Shown piece by piece: positions 30,657 through 40,175 of a stretch of DNA of 64,000 nt. The notes beneath the pieces are model-generated. The model saw only the letters and a list, made by a program, of their open reading frames with translations, did no database searches and had not been told where the DNA came from. Both the position numbers and the translations under genes were made by a program. How positions within the stretch are numbered: the first letter of the stretch is position 1; every line of letters starts with the position of its first letter. Origin of the DNA: Bdellovibrionota bacterium (GTDB taxonomy: Bacteria; Bdellovibrionota_C; UBA2361; JBGSMV01); contig JBIKWF010000003.1 in NCBI GenBank assembly GCA_044356455.1, positions 32,001-96,000 on the forward strand. Direction: 5' to 3'.

Positions 30657-32249
30657 ATGGCAACCGTATTTGAATATTTTCACCAGCCTGGCGCGGAGGC
30701 AAAGCGCCTTTTCCCCTATTCGTACCTGGAGCAGGCCCAGCGCCTCGCTCGGGTTGCCGAGGTTAGCCGGCGTCCCCTTACACCTGAGGTAATTGCCAGC
30801 CTCATCTCTCAGAACCATGGGGCAGCTTCTCTTAAATTTCTCGACGGCCGTGCGCTTGCGTTTGTAGTGACCGGGCAGCAATTAGGGGTCCTCGGTGGCC
30901 CTCTCTTTACTCTTTATAAAATTGCGAGCGCAATAAAAGTTGCAGAGGCTCTAAGCGCTGAATCTGGAATCTCTGTGCTCCCGCTGTTTTGGCTGCAGTC
31001 CGAAGATCATGACTATGCTGAAATCAGAAACACACACATTCTCTCGCGCGACAGTGACCCGGTTGAATTTGCATTACCAGAAAGTCCCCCCGGCATAGGT
31101 GGGCCCGTTGGAAAAATAGTACTTTCTCATGAAACTGCGGAGTCTCTGCGGTCTTTTCTCACCAGCAACTATGCCGGACGTGCTCCCGCTGGGCGCATTG
31201 ACGAGGTCGCGCACTGTTACCGTGAAGGAGAAACGCTTGCGCAGGCTATGGCGAGCTTGGTTAAAACTTGCTTTCGCGACACGCCACTTCTTGTTCTTGA
31301 TGCGAATACGAGAGAGCTCAAACACTTCGCCGCTCCCCACTTGTTACGATTTTTTACTGAGAGCTCAGCGATTGAAGCGCTCCTTGAAGATCGCTCTGCC
31401 TTTCTTGCAACCCTAGGACTTACAAACACCGTACCCCTTCGACAAGGATACCCGCTCCCCTTTCTTGAAGTTCATGGGAAACGCGAGAGAATTCGGGCCT
31501 CCTCAGGATCGTTTACTACCTCGCGTGGCCCACTGAGCTTCGCAGAGCTTTCGCAGCAAGTTGAGCGCACGCCTGAAATCATCACCACCTCCGCTCTCGC
31601 ACGGCCTCTCTTTCAAGATTTCTTGCTTCCCACCGCTGCCTACGTGGCTGGCCCAACCGAGTTTAACTATTGGGCGCAGATTCCGGGCCTTTATGACTTT
31701 TTTAAGATTCCGATGCCCGTGGTGGTACCTCGCGGCAAGTTTGCGGTGCTGCCTGAGAATAGAGCAAGAATATTAGAAGAGGAGAAACTTTCTCTAACCG
31801 AAGTGCAGCTCCCTCTTGAGAAGCTCCTTGAGCTCCGCCTTGCCGGCTCTGCCGAAAGCCCAGAGCGCGTGTTCCAGGCCGCAGACACTCATCTTACAGC
31901 TCTTGAATCAGAGCTGCTTGCCGGGTTTAGCCACCTTGATAGCAAGCTCTTGCGCGAATCACTCACGCAAACAAGTCAAGCCATGCGTCATAATCTAGAG
32001 AAACTTAAGACAAAGTATCTACGAACCCTCACCGAACGACATCAGACCTTCACGCAAAGAGCGGAGAAGCTTCAAAGGCTGCTCCTTCCGAAAGGCGAGC
32101 TTCAAGAGCGCATCATCTCGTTCTCCCATTTTTATCTTCTCGAAGGAGACTCGTTCGTGAAGAAAGTTCTTTCAAGCCTTACCTTCCCCTTTCCCCTGAG
32201 CACCCAGCTTCTCACCATACCCCCAGAATCAAAAGGAAATCTCACATGA
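30657..32249 (+). CDS. bshC: Bacillithiol biosynthesis cysteine-adding enzyme
   Basis: VVTGQQLG..GGPLFTLYK, FWLQSEDHDYAEI, RPLFQDFLLPTAAYVAGPTE, LQER; ATG 30657 preferred. Confidence 0.93.
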   Translation: MATVFEYFHQPGAEAKRLFPYSYLEQAQRLARVAEVSRRPLTPEVIASLISQNHGAASLKFLDGRALAFVVTGQQLGVLGGPLFTLYKIASAIKVAEALSAESGISVLPLFWLQSEDHDYAEIRNTHILSRDSDPVEFALPESPPGIGGPVGKIVLSHETAESLRSFLTSNYAGRAPAGRIDEVAHCYREGETLAQAMASLVKTCFRDTPLLVLDANTRELKHFAAPHLLRFFTESSAIEALLEDRSAFLATLGLTNTVPLRQGYPLPFLEVHGKRERIRASSGSFTTSRGPLSFAELSQQVERTPEIITTSALARPLFQDFLLPTAAYVAGPTEFNYWAQIPGLYDFFKIPMPVVVPRGKFAVLPENRARILEEEKLSLTEVQLPLEKLLELRLAGSAESPERVFQAADTHLTALESELLAGFSHLDSKLLRESLTQTSQAMRHNLEKLKTKYLRTLTERHQTFTQRAEKLQRLLLPKGELQERIISFSHFYLLEGDSFVKKVLSSLTFPFPLSTQLLTIPPESKGNLT

Positions 32250-33004
32250 CCACATGCGACGCTCTTGCCATCTCTCCTCATCCTGATGATGCAGAAATAG
32301 GAGTCGGAGGCACCCTGGCCCTGCTGAGCACCCGTGGATACGGCGTAGGAATTGTCGATCTCACCAAGGGCGAGCTTGGTTCGAGAGGCACGCCAGAAAT
32401 GCGTGCGGCCGAGGCTGCGGAGGCAAGCAAGATTCTTGGCCTGCGCACGCGAATAAATTTAGGACTCCCCGATGGTCACCTTTCTGCACGTGACGACTCC
32501 CAAATGATTTCAATCGTAGAGTGTTTGCGGCGCCTTAAACCCAAGCTCGTATTTATTGCGGCGCCTGACGGAAGACATCCCGATCATGACGAGGGCTATC
32601 AACTGGTGAAACGTGCGCTTTTCTTTAGTGGTCTTCGGAAGTTTAGCACGCCGCATGCGATTGACCCACTCTCAGCTCCCACGATTCTTGAATACCCGAC
32701 TCGCCGAGAAATTTCTGCCTCGCTAGTAGTCGACGTTTCTTCCGTTTACGAACGCAAATTAGATTCCATTCGAGCCTATCGCTCGCAGCTTGGACTCGAT
32801 AACTCATCAGGCCCAAAAACTCTTATGAGCTCCCCTCTGACGTTGGAGGCTATTAAGGCTCGAGACGTACTTGCAGGAGCAATGGTGGGAACGGCTCAAG
32901 GCGAGGCGCTACGAAGCGCCTCGCCCCTTAAAGTAGAAGATCCCATGGCTTTCTTTTCTTCAGCTTCCGTAAGTGGAGCTGTGTTTTTTCCTGAGGCACC
33001 ATGA
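32246..33004 (+). CDS. bshB1: Bacillithiol biosynthesis deacetylase
   Basis: HPDDAE, DLTKGELGSRGT, HPDH, YRSQ; overlaps bshC and bshA by 4 nt each. Confidence 0.93.
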   Translation: MTTCDALAISPHPDDAEIGVGGTLALLSTRGYGVGIVDLTKGELGSRGTPEMRAAEAAEASKILGLRTRINLGLPDGHLSARDDSQMISIVECLRRLKPKLVFIAAPDGRHPDHDEGYQLVKRALFFSGLRKFSTPHAIDPLSAPTILEYPTRREISASLVVDVSSVYERKLDSIRAYRSQLGLDNSSGPKTLMSSPLTLEAIKARDVLAGAMVGTAQGEALRSASPLKVEDPMAFFSSASVSGAVFFPEAP

Positions 33005-34167
33005 CTTCCGAACGCCCCCTGAACATTGGCATAACGTGTTACCCAACCTACGGCGGAAGCGGCGTCATTGCCACCGAGCTTGGCATGGCCATGGCCGCGC
33101 GCGGTCACCGCGTTCATTTTATTGCCTACGACATTCCGCGGCGCCTCAATCAATTCCTTGATAATGTTTTCTTTCATGAGGTTGAGCTGCGCGATAATCC
33201 CGTCTTTAGGCACCCGCCCTACACACTCGCCTTGTGCTCAAAGATGGTAGACGTCGCTACCAATGAGAAAATCGACCTCTTTCATGTTCACTATGCAGTG
33301 CCTCATGCTACGAGCGCCTACCTTGCGAAACAGATCTTGGGGGCTCGAGCACCAAAGATTCTGACCACTCTTCATGGTACCGATATCACCCTCGTGGGCC
33401 ACGATCGCAGCTACCTTCCGATAACTCGCTTCTCGATAGAACAGAGCGACGAAGTAACCGCGCCGTCTCAGTTTCTTAAAGATGCGACCTATCAAAAGCT
33501 TGGGGTTTCCTCAGATCGCTCGATTCTTGTCGTCCCCAATTTTGTAGACACTGAGGAATTTAAGCCCTTCTGCAAAGAAAACCCGTGCAAGCCTAGGCCA
33601 AAGCTCTCGGAGTGTTCGACAAATGAAAAAGTTCTCATACACGTCTCTAACTTCCGCCCGGTGAAGCAGGTAGACCAAGTCGTTAAGGTCTTTAACCTTG
33701 TCCAGAAGCAGATCCCGTGCCATCTGATTCTTGTTGGCGACGGCCCCGAGCGTTCAACCGTTGAAGCGCTCGTTAAAGAGCTCGGACTAAAGAGCAAAGT
33801 CTGTTTCTTTGGCAAACAAGATTCAATTGCAGAAATTTTGCAGCGCTCCCATGTCTTTCTTCTGCCAAGCAAGAACGAAAGCTTCGGACTGGCAGCCCTC
33901 GAAGCAATGAGTTGCGGCCTCCCTGTCGTCGCTTCGCGAGTGGAAGGAATTCCTGAGGTCGTGCTTCACGGCAAAGTTGGGTTCCTCGCTGAGCCAGATA
34001 ACGTCGAAGAAATGGCAGCTCACACGCTTTCACTCCTGAAAGATGAAGCTCTCTATTCACGCATGTCTCTTAGTGCGCGGGAGCTCGTGGTCTCACAATA
34101 CGGGAAAGACTTACTCGCCTCCCAATTTGAGAGCCTGTACTACTCGCTCACCTCAGCTTCCCGTTGA
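33001..34167 (+). CDS. bshA: N-acetyl-alpha-D-glucosaminyl L-malate synthase
   Basis: IGITCYPTYGGSGVIATELG, HVHYAVPHA, TTLHGTDITLVG, HVSNFRPVK, ESFGLAALEAM. Confidence 0.96.
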   Translation: MTSERPLNIGITCYPTYGGSGVIATELGMAMAARGHRVHFIAYDIPRRLNQFLDNVFFHEVELRDNPVFRHPPYTLALCSKMVDVATNEKIDLFHVHYAVPHATSAYLAKQILGARAPKILTTLHGTDITLVGHDRSYLPITRFSIEQSDEVTAPSQFLKDATYQKLGVSSDRSILVVPNFVDTEEFKPFCKENPCKPRPKLSECSTNEKVLIHVSNFRPVKQVDQVVKVFNLVQKQIPCHLILVGDGPERSTVEALVKELGLKSKVCFFGKQDSIAEILQRSHVFLLPSKNESFGLAALEAMSCGLPVVASRVEGIPEVVLHGKVGFLAEPDNVEEMAAHTLSLLKDEALYSRMSLSARELVVSQYGKDLLASQFESLYYSLTSASR

Positions 34168-34947
34168 GGAATACTTGGCCACGCCCATTCTCCAAAAAAG
34201 GGCAGCGATTCCTGAACTGACAAGCGCCACCAAGGGAGAGGCATAAGCCAGCGCCTCTCTCTTTTCTGGCCCGAAGAAATGCGTGGCAGGATAGAAAGAG
34301 ACAAACGCAAAGGGGATTATCCAGCTCAGGAAGATCTGCAGAAACCGATTGAAGATCGGCAGCGGATACCTGCTGAAGGATACAAGATTGTAGACCGGCG
34401 GGACGAGTCCAAGCCTGTCCTCGAAGTGGAATGAGGCAGTAGCTACTGTAGTAAACACGGCAACTAAAATAACCGCCCCCGAACAGAGACTCACCACAAG
34501 CCACAAAATATCAGCGAAGCCAAAGGAAAGTTGCGCACCGGAAGCCGCGTAGAAAAGTATTCCCACCCCCAAAAGAAGCGCTCCAATACTCTCAAGGTTG
34601 AATGATTCAAAAAGTACCTGGAACAGGCTGTTCAGTGGCCTCAGTAGGACGCGGTCGAACTGTCCCTCAATGATGTACTTGTCGCTGAAGCGATACAGAT
34701 TAACGGAGATAAGCCCGAAGAGAGACGTAGCAATGAGAGAGTAGCCATAGATGAAAAGCACCTGCTCCCGGTCCCAGCCCTTAAGGTTCGAGACTGCCTT
34801 GCCGTCGAGAAGCAGAAATATAAAAACAACGCCCCCAATGGCGGAGAAAAGACTCGCCACCAAACCGGAGAAAAAATCCATGCGATAGCTAAGGCGCGCC
34901 TTCAAGAACTGCACGAAATAGAGGAGATAAATTCGTATGGAGTGCAT
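34153..34947 (-). CDS. ABC-2 type permease (DUF990-like), second permease
   Basis: YRMDF, GW..EQVLFIYG, GQFDRVLLRPLN, YPLPIF, PFAFVSFYPA, YSSTGS. Confidence 0.9.
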   Translation of the reverse strand: MHSIRIYLLYFVQFLKARLSYRMDFFSGLVASLFSAIGGVVFIFLLLDGKAVSNLKGWDREQVLFIYGYSLIATSLFGLISVNLYRFSDKYIIEGQFDRVLLRPLNSLFQVLFESFNLESIGALLLGVGILFYAASGAQLSFGFADILWLVVSLCSGAVILVAVFTTVATASFHFEDRLGLVPPVYNLVSFSRYPLPIFNRFLQIFLSWIIPFAFVSFYPATHFFGPEKREALAYASPLVALVSSGIAALFWRMGVAKYSSTGS

Positions 34948-35022
34948 GAGAATCTTAACTCCTTCGCATTCAGTTCATATCTGCGGCCTCGGTCGAATGG
35001 GCCGCCTTAGGTTAGAGTCCCC

Positions 35023-35769
35023 TTATATAACAGCCAAGAGAGCATCCTGCACGCCTTTAAGCTCCGGAGTATCTCCGTATACTTCCCTATGCAGAGATAC
35101 GAGCTCAGCGAATCGCCTCAAGGGGCCATTCAGGATTTCGCGATGCGCCTCTTCAAGATGAGGGAGATGCTCAAGCACATTGCGAATAAGAAGCACCACT
35201 CTTTCTTCCCCATCCTCGGCCATGGACGCGAGAGCTTTCTCCGCGCGCCTTAACAAGCGCAGCACACTGGAGAGTCTGCGGTTTTGAAGTTTTCGATCCC
35301 TTGATGATTCTTCATGAGAATCACCGAAGGGGTGATGTGCGGTTTGGGAAGTACCAGAGGCGGGAGCTCCGGACTGAGCCGCATGCAATTCGGGTAAACT
35401 CCTCAGAGTCGCCCCGACAAGGGACGGTAGGATTTGTCCTCCAGAACCTGCCGCGCTTCCAAATTGCTGCGAAAGAACAATCGAAGAGAAAAGCAGCACG
35501 GTATAAGGAGTAAGTAGCTGCCAGGCACCTTGTGGGCGCGCCGAGTTCGAATTCGGTGAGGATGACGCAAAAAAATCACTGCCTTTCGAGTCGGTATTTC
35601 TCAGCCTTCCCTTTTCTCGGGGAGTTTCGCCGCGCTCAGCTTCGGGAGAGAATCCGGGGAACTTTGAGCGAAGGGGGCCAAAAGTGGGCGAATCTTCGGG
35701 ACCAGATACAAGGGCTCGGTTCCTAGGGGTAGCCTCAAGGCTTCTCAGCTGATCGTGAAACGTCCTCAT
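35023..35769 (-). CDS. Hypothetical protein
   Basis: 248-aa ORF with one hydrophobic segment and a helical C-terminus. Confidence 0.5.
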   Translation of the reverse strand: MRTFHDQLRSLEATPRNRALVSGPEDSPTFGPLRSKFPGFSPEAERGETPREKGRLRNTDSKGSDFFASSSPNSNSARPQGAWQLLTPYTVLLFSSIVLSQQFGSAAGSGGQILPSLVGATLRSLPELHAAQSGAPASGTSQTAHHPFGDSHEESSRDRKLQNRRLSSVLRLLRRAEKALASMAEDGEERVVLLIRNVLEHLPHLEEAHREILNGPLRRFAELVSLHREVYGDTPELKGVQDALLAVI

Positions 35770-35810
35770 CCTGGTAGGTCATACACAAACATCGGTCTAG
35801 AAGCTAGTCT

Positions 35811-36734
35811 GTGAATATAATCGAATACTTGCGCTATCATATTGAGTCCTGGCGGAATCCGACTCGCAAGGACTTTATTAACGGAGGCTATGGCATCTCG
35901 GAGCGCTATAAACGCTGCGAAAGATATTGGGCGCCGCACCTTAAGCTCTCTAAGGAATTTATTGCTGCCGCGCTTGGCGGACTTGAACGCTCGGAAATTT
36001 TAATTCTTGGGGCTGGGAGACTGCTGGACGTCCCGTTATTGCAGGCGAGCTCCCACGCAAGGCGCATCACGCTCGTTGATGCCGATCCCGCGGCAGTCTC
36101 ATCATGGAAAGCAGCCCAGCGAAAAGTCCCTCCGACGACGGAGCTCTGTCAGATACTTGCCGACGTTAGTGGGCGCCTCGACCGCTGGACTGCGGCGCTA
36201 TCCGCACAGCCCCGAGATATTTCTCTGCAGGCCGCGGAGAAGACGCTACGCTCCCTGCTTGCTCCTTCTGAGCCTCCCCTCCTACCTGCCTCACCCTCGG
36301 AGTGCGTAGTTTCAGTTAATCTTCTCAGTCAAATTCCAATTTTCTGGGAAGACAGGGTGCGTGCGGCATGGCCTCACCTGGCCCAAGGACCAGAAGATCT
36401 CTTTGCTCCCCCTTTGGAGCAGGCGCTCACCGAAACCAAGAGCCGGCTTATTGATGAGCATCTCTCGATGCTAGAACGCCTGAGCACCAGCCGCATAGTC
36501 CTTCTTAGCGATCTTCTTTTTCACTACTACACCAAAGACCAATCTGATTGGCGCACAGAACCCGCTCTCGGATTTGAACGCGACATCACTATCCATGGAT
36601 TTAACTTAGTAAAGAAAGATTCGTGGCTCTGGCATCTCGCGCCTCAAGGCATTGAGCGCACGGAATATGGGGAGATTCACACCGTGGGGGCGTTCGATCT
36701 GCGGCGCACACAAGAGGAGAGGGGGGATCGGTAG
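35811..36734 (+). CDS. Hypothetical protein with methyltransferase-like Rossmann motifs
   Basis: ILILGAG..LDVP, ITLVDAD, ADVSG, VVSVNLLSQ. Confidence 0.65.
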   Translation: MNIIEYLRYHIESWRNPTRKDFINGGYGISERYKRCERYWAPHLKLSKEFIAAALGGLERSEILILGAGRLLDVPLLQASSHARRITLVDADPAAVSSWKAAQRKVPPTTELCQILADVSGRLDRWTAALSAQPRDISLQAAEKTLRSLLAPSEPPLLPASPSECVVSVNLLSQIPIFWEDRVRAAWPHLAQGPEDLFAPPLEQALTETKSRLIDEHLSMLERLSTSRIVLLSDLLFHYYTKDQSDWRTEPALGFERDITIHGFNLVKKDSWLWHLAPQGIERTEYGEIHTVGAFDLRRTQEERGDR

Positions 36735-36752
36735 GGACGGGGTTGGCGGTGG

Positions 36753-37778
36753 TTACAATGGCTGCGGACTACGAGTGCGCACTCGGCCTACTGCCAATGC
36801 AAGAAGGCAAGAATATGCTTTGGCGTCAAGGAGGAGAAACGCGGCCACACCAGTGCCTACCGCGAGGAGCTTCTGGAGCGAAATGGACTCGGCATGGAAC
36901 ACCACCCCGAAAAGCGTCGCCAGCAAGAAATAAACGCTCATAGTGAAGAACTTCTTCACTATCACAATCGTTCCTTGGTCAAAGTATGCAAGGTAGCGCC
37001 AATTAAGCTGTGCCACGACCCCAATACATAGAAGAAGCCCTGCGCCAAGCCCTACCGAAGTAAGTGGGATTGCCGCAGTGTTGGTGAACAACAAACAGAC
37101 TGGAAGCCCAATAGCCGCAGTAGCTCCACCGACCCATAGATTAAAACGCGCTCTCCCCGTCTCCTCTAGGACGCCGCAGGCCCTATCAATTCTACTCACT
37201 GCAGAAGTCGCAAGTTCATTAATTGCTGAGAAAACAGAAATCAAGAGACTAAGACAAACCCACCTCGGCACTTCGAGAATCGAGCTACTCCACGGCGCCC
37301 CCACAAACAACCACCCGGCGACAAGAAACAAAACAATCCCTACGACCTGGTGAAGCCGAAGTCTTTCACCAAACAGAATCCAGGCGACAGGAGCTGCGAG
37401 TACAATTGAGAACATTCGGAGAAATGTCGAGGCGCCGATATCCGCCCCCGGAAGACTATAGACATACACCCCTACCGTGGTGTTGAACAAAGCCCCGAGG
37501 GCGAATACTCCGTAGAGGGCAATTGCTTTTATGGTCTTGGGGCGCCACTCGCGCGGCTCCGAGCGCAAGAATAAGGCGCCATGAAAAGCCTGAACTACGC
37601 CGCAAAACGCGGCGAGTAGCGAGCACCAAGAGACGGTCTTCGCAATCTCTCCAAGTAACTTGGATACGGCAGCCAAGCTCGCGCGATTAGCCCCTTCGAG
37701 CGCGGCCCAACCCACCCCTCCAATTCTTGGGAAGTATGATCTCTTTGATTTCTGCACGCTTATCTTCCCCGAACTCAC
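36753..37778 (-). CDS. DMT-superfamily-like membrane protein
   Basis: Multi-TM; APVAWILFGERL..QVVG and LFGVVFHAESIS repeats. Confidence 0.65.
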   Translation of the reverse strand: MSSGKISVQKSKRSYFPRIGGVGWAALEGANRASLAAVSKLLGEIAKTVSWCSLLAAFCGVVQAFHGALFLRSEPREWRPKTIKAIALYGVFALGALFNTTVGVYVYSLPGADIGASTFLRMFSIVLAAPVAWILFGERLRLHQVVGIVLFLVAGWLFVGAPWSSSILEVPRWVCLSLLISVFSAINELATSAVSRIDRACGVLEETGRARFNLWVGGATAAIGLPVCLLFTNTAAIPLTSVGLGAGLLLCIGVVAQLNWRYLAYFDQGTIVIVKKFFTMSVYFLLATLFGVVFHAESISLQKLLAVGTGVAAFLLLDAKAYSCLLALAVGRVRTRSPQPL

Positions 37779-37922
37779 TCACCAACTCCTGCGCATGGCG
37801 CACTGGAGAGAGCGCCTTGGTTGAAAGAGTTATGAGCAGATTGCGGGGTGAGGTGAGATGGGAAGACCAGACATTCTATGACGCGTGCATGGGGAACGAG
37901 GTTCCCTCTCCAGGAGTTTTAC

Positions 37923-38059
37923 CTAGGGATTCTCTGAATAAGTCCACTCTGTGAACTCTGTGCCCTCTGTGGTTGATTCAAATTTTTGAAAAACCACAGA
38001 GGACACAGAGTTCACAGAGAAAAAAGATAAAATATCGGGGTTTTTCAGAGGCTTCCTAG
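37923..38059. mobile_element. MITE-like palindromic element, copy 4 (137 bp)
   Basis: CTAG-GGATTCTCTGAATAAG..CTCTGTGAA CTCTGTGCC CTCTGTGGTT-17nt-AACCACAGAG GACACAGAG TTCACAGAG..GTTTTTCAGAGGCTTC-CTAG. Confidence 0.88.
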
Positions 38060-38085
38060 GCAAATATCGCAAGGTTCGGAGCGTT

Positions 38086-38901
38086 CTATCCGCCCTGCAC
38101 CGTAAGGCGCTCTGCGGCGCATCTCCAAAGAAATACTCCCATGAACTGCAGAGCGGCAATCCACACCACTTGCTCGAAGAGCACGCTCCAAAGCTGCGCG
38201 GGGTCAATCTTCCCAAGATAAACTTGCATCGGGAGGAAGGTGATGAGCTGAAAGGGTAAAAGCCTGAGAAGCTCCTCGGCCCAACCAGGGAAAAAGCTTA
38301 AAGGGAGAAGGAGCCCTGACAATAGTTGCAATACAAAATGCTTGGCCTGAATCAGTGAGGAAATAGATTTGGTAAAGAAGGCCACGAGCCCTACAAGAAA
38401 GTTTATCTGCGCAAAGATAAGAAAGCCCACGAACGTAGAGAACGCGAAAAGAGCGGCGTGAAAAGCGGAGGCTGGCAATGCCACGTCAAAAAAAGGCAGC
38501 ACCACGAACAAAATAGGAACGGTGAAGAAGATAAACCGAAAGAGAAATTCGCCAAAACCTTGGGCCAACATCAACATCTGAAAACTTAAGGGGCGAAGCA
38601 GATACACACTCACTTGACCGCTACGCACCATCTCATCAATGTCCCAATCCAGGTTCGAGAAACACAGGCTTCGGGAAATCCAGGCTATCACGACATAGGT
38701 AACCATCTCGTGAAGAGTATAACCGTTAATTTGGGTGTCCGAATCGCTATGAGCAAAAACTGCTTGCCAGATAAAATACTGGATAGAGATATAGAGAAGA
38801 TACGTGAGAATTCCCGTCACATACCGCAGGCGATAGGCCAACATCCCAAGTAGAGAGGACCGAACAAAAGCGATATAGGGACTCATCGTCTCGGTTTTCA
38901 T
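38086..38901 (-). CDS. ABC-2 type permease (DUF990-like), first permease
   Basis: AYRL, GYTLHEMVTY, SGQVSVYLLRP, LSGLLLPLSFFP, VQGG C-terminus. Confidence 0.9.
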   Translation of the reverse strand: MKTETMSPYIAFVRSSLLGMLAYRLRYVTGILTYLLYISIQYFIWQAVFAHSDSDTQINGYTLHEMVTYVVIAWISRSLCFSNLDWDIDEMVRSGQVSVYLLRPLSFQMLMLAQGFGEFLFRFIFFTVPILFVVLPFFDVALPASAFHAALFAFSTFVGFLIFAQINFLVGLVAFFTKSISSLIQAKHFVLQLLSGLLLPLSFFPGWAEELLRLLPFQLITFLPMQVYLGKIDPAQLWSVLFEQVVWIAALQFMGVFLWRCAAERLTVQGG

Positions 38902-38902
38902 A

Positions 38903-39946
38903 TCAGCTCGCCGGCGGCATTCCGTCTTTATAGATTCGAATGAGGATATCCTCGATGGAAGCCTCGCTCACTGACAAATCAGCAATCGGAAGTGTCTCCA
39001 CCATCGTCCGCACCACTTCAATGGTGGCATGTTCTTGCGGGATGAAATCGACAAAAATTTTATTACCCTCTACGCGAATACTTGCTTTCTCAAGCTTTGC
39101 CTGTAGTGGGGCGGTGGCTATAGAACCGGCACACTGAGCGATCACCGATCGTTTTACCCCCGGTAGACTTCGAATTTGCTCAAGACTGCCGTCGTAGACA
39201 AGTTTACCGTGATCAATGATGACAATGCGCTCGCAGAGCTCTTCGATTTCGGTCAAGTCATGCGTCGTCAGAATGATGGTAGTGCCGAGTTCCCGATTAA
39301 TCTTCTTTAAAAAAGCCCTGATGCTTGTTTTCGCAACCGCATCAACTCCGATGGTGGGTTCATCAAGGAATAGAAGCTCAGGCCCATGCAGGAGACTCGC
39401 CGCAAGGTCGCTTCGCAAGCGTTGCCCGAGGGAGAGTTTACGAACTGGAGTATGTAGAAATTCCCCAAGTTCAAGAATCTCAGTCAGCTGCTCAAGGCGC
39501 CTCTTATAATCGGCTAAAGGCACGCGGTAGATATTCCCCAGCAGGTTAAAGGATTCAATGACCGCAATGTCCCACCACAACTGAGTTCTTTGGCCAAAAA
39601 CTACTCCGATATGAGAGCAATAGCGCTTGCGGTCACGGTACGGATGAAAGCCTAAACATTGCATGTCACCTGAGCTCGGCTTCAGGATGCCGGTGAGCAT
39701 CTTAATGGTGGTCGACTTCCCTGCTCCATTAGGACCGATGAATCCGACAATTTCTCCTCGCGGGACCCCGAAAGAGAGCTGCTCAACTGCGTTCAGGCTC
39801 TTATACTCGCGGTGAAAGAGATCCTTCACTCCTCCCCAAATGCCCTCTCGGCGCGCAAAAGTTCGAAAGGACTTTGAGAGAGCGCTGACTGAAACGGCAA
39901 GGCTCGAGGAATCAGGGGAGGGAAGCTGCCGAGACTCAATATTCAT
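38903..39946 (-). CDS. ABC transporter ATP-binding protein
   Basis: GPNGAGKST, VFGQRTQLWWD, LSLGQR, FLDEPTIG, TTHD. Confidence 0.95.
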   Translation of the reverse strand: MNIESRQLPSPDSSSLAVSVSALSKSFRTFARREGIWGGVKDLFHREYKSLNAVEQLSFGVPRGEIVGFIGPNGAGKSTTIKMLTGILKPSSGDMQCLGFHPYRDRKRYCSHIGVVFGQRTQLWWDIAVIESFNLLGNIYRVPLADYKRRLEQLTEILELGEFLHTPVRKLSLGQRLRSDLAASLLHGPELLFLDEPTIGVDAVAKTSIRAFLKKINRELGTTIILTTHDLTEIEELCERIVIIDHGKLVYDGSLEQIRSLPGVKRSVIAQCAGSIATAPLQAKLEKASIRVEGNKIFVDFIPQEHATIEVVRTMVETLPIADLSVSEASIEDILIRIYKDGMPPAS

Positions 39947-40175
39947 GAAAATGCCGAAAATGAGGGTGCCAGAATTAAGCGCGAGGGCTTCCTTGTAACA
40001 GAAACCGAGGGTACTTGCGAAGGAAGCTCTTAAAAACCCCCTTCTTAGGGCAATCTTAAAAGCTCGCTCAATGAGACGGGGCGCGGCAAGCCCTACCCAG
40101 AGAGTCTCTCATGACACACGACCATTGATTTGGCATGATGACTCACCCCAAGGCTCCAACCTTCGAACACCGCGT

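Noticed and set aside
19849..38059. CACAGAG repeats as a CRISPR array or integron attC sites
   Set aside because: Copies are kilobases apart in both orientations, with no repeat-spacer periodicity, no cas or intI gene and no RYYYAAC/GTTRRRY boxes.
37923..38216. 97-aa ORF containing SVNSVSSVV and TTEGTEFTE
   Set aside because: It is a translation of the 9-bp modules of MITE copy 4 and overlaps the permease out of frame.
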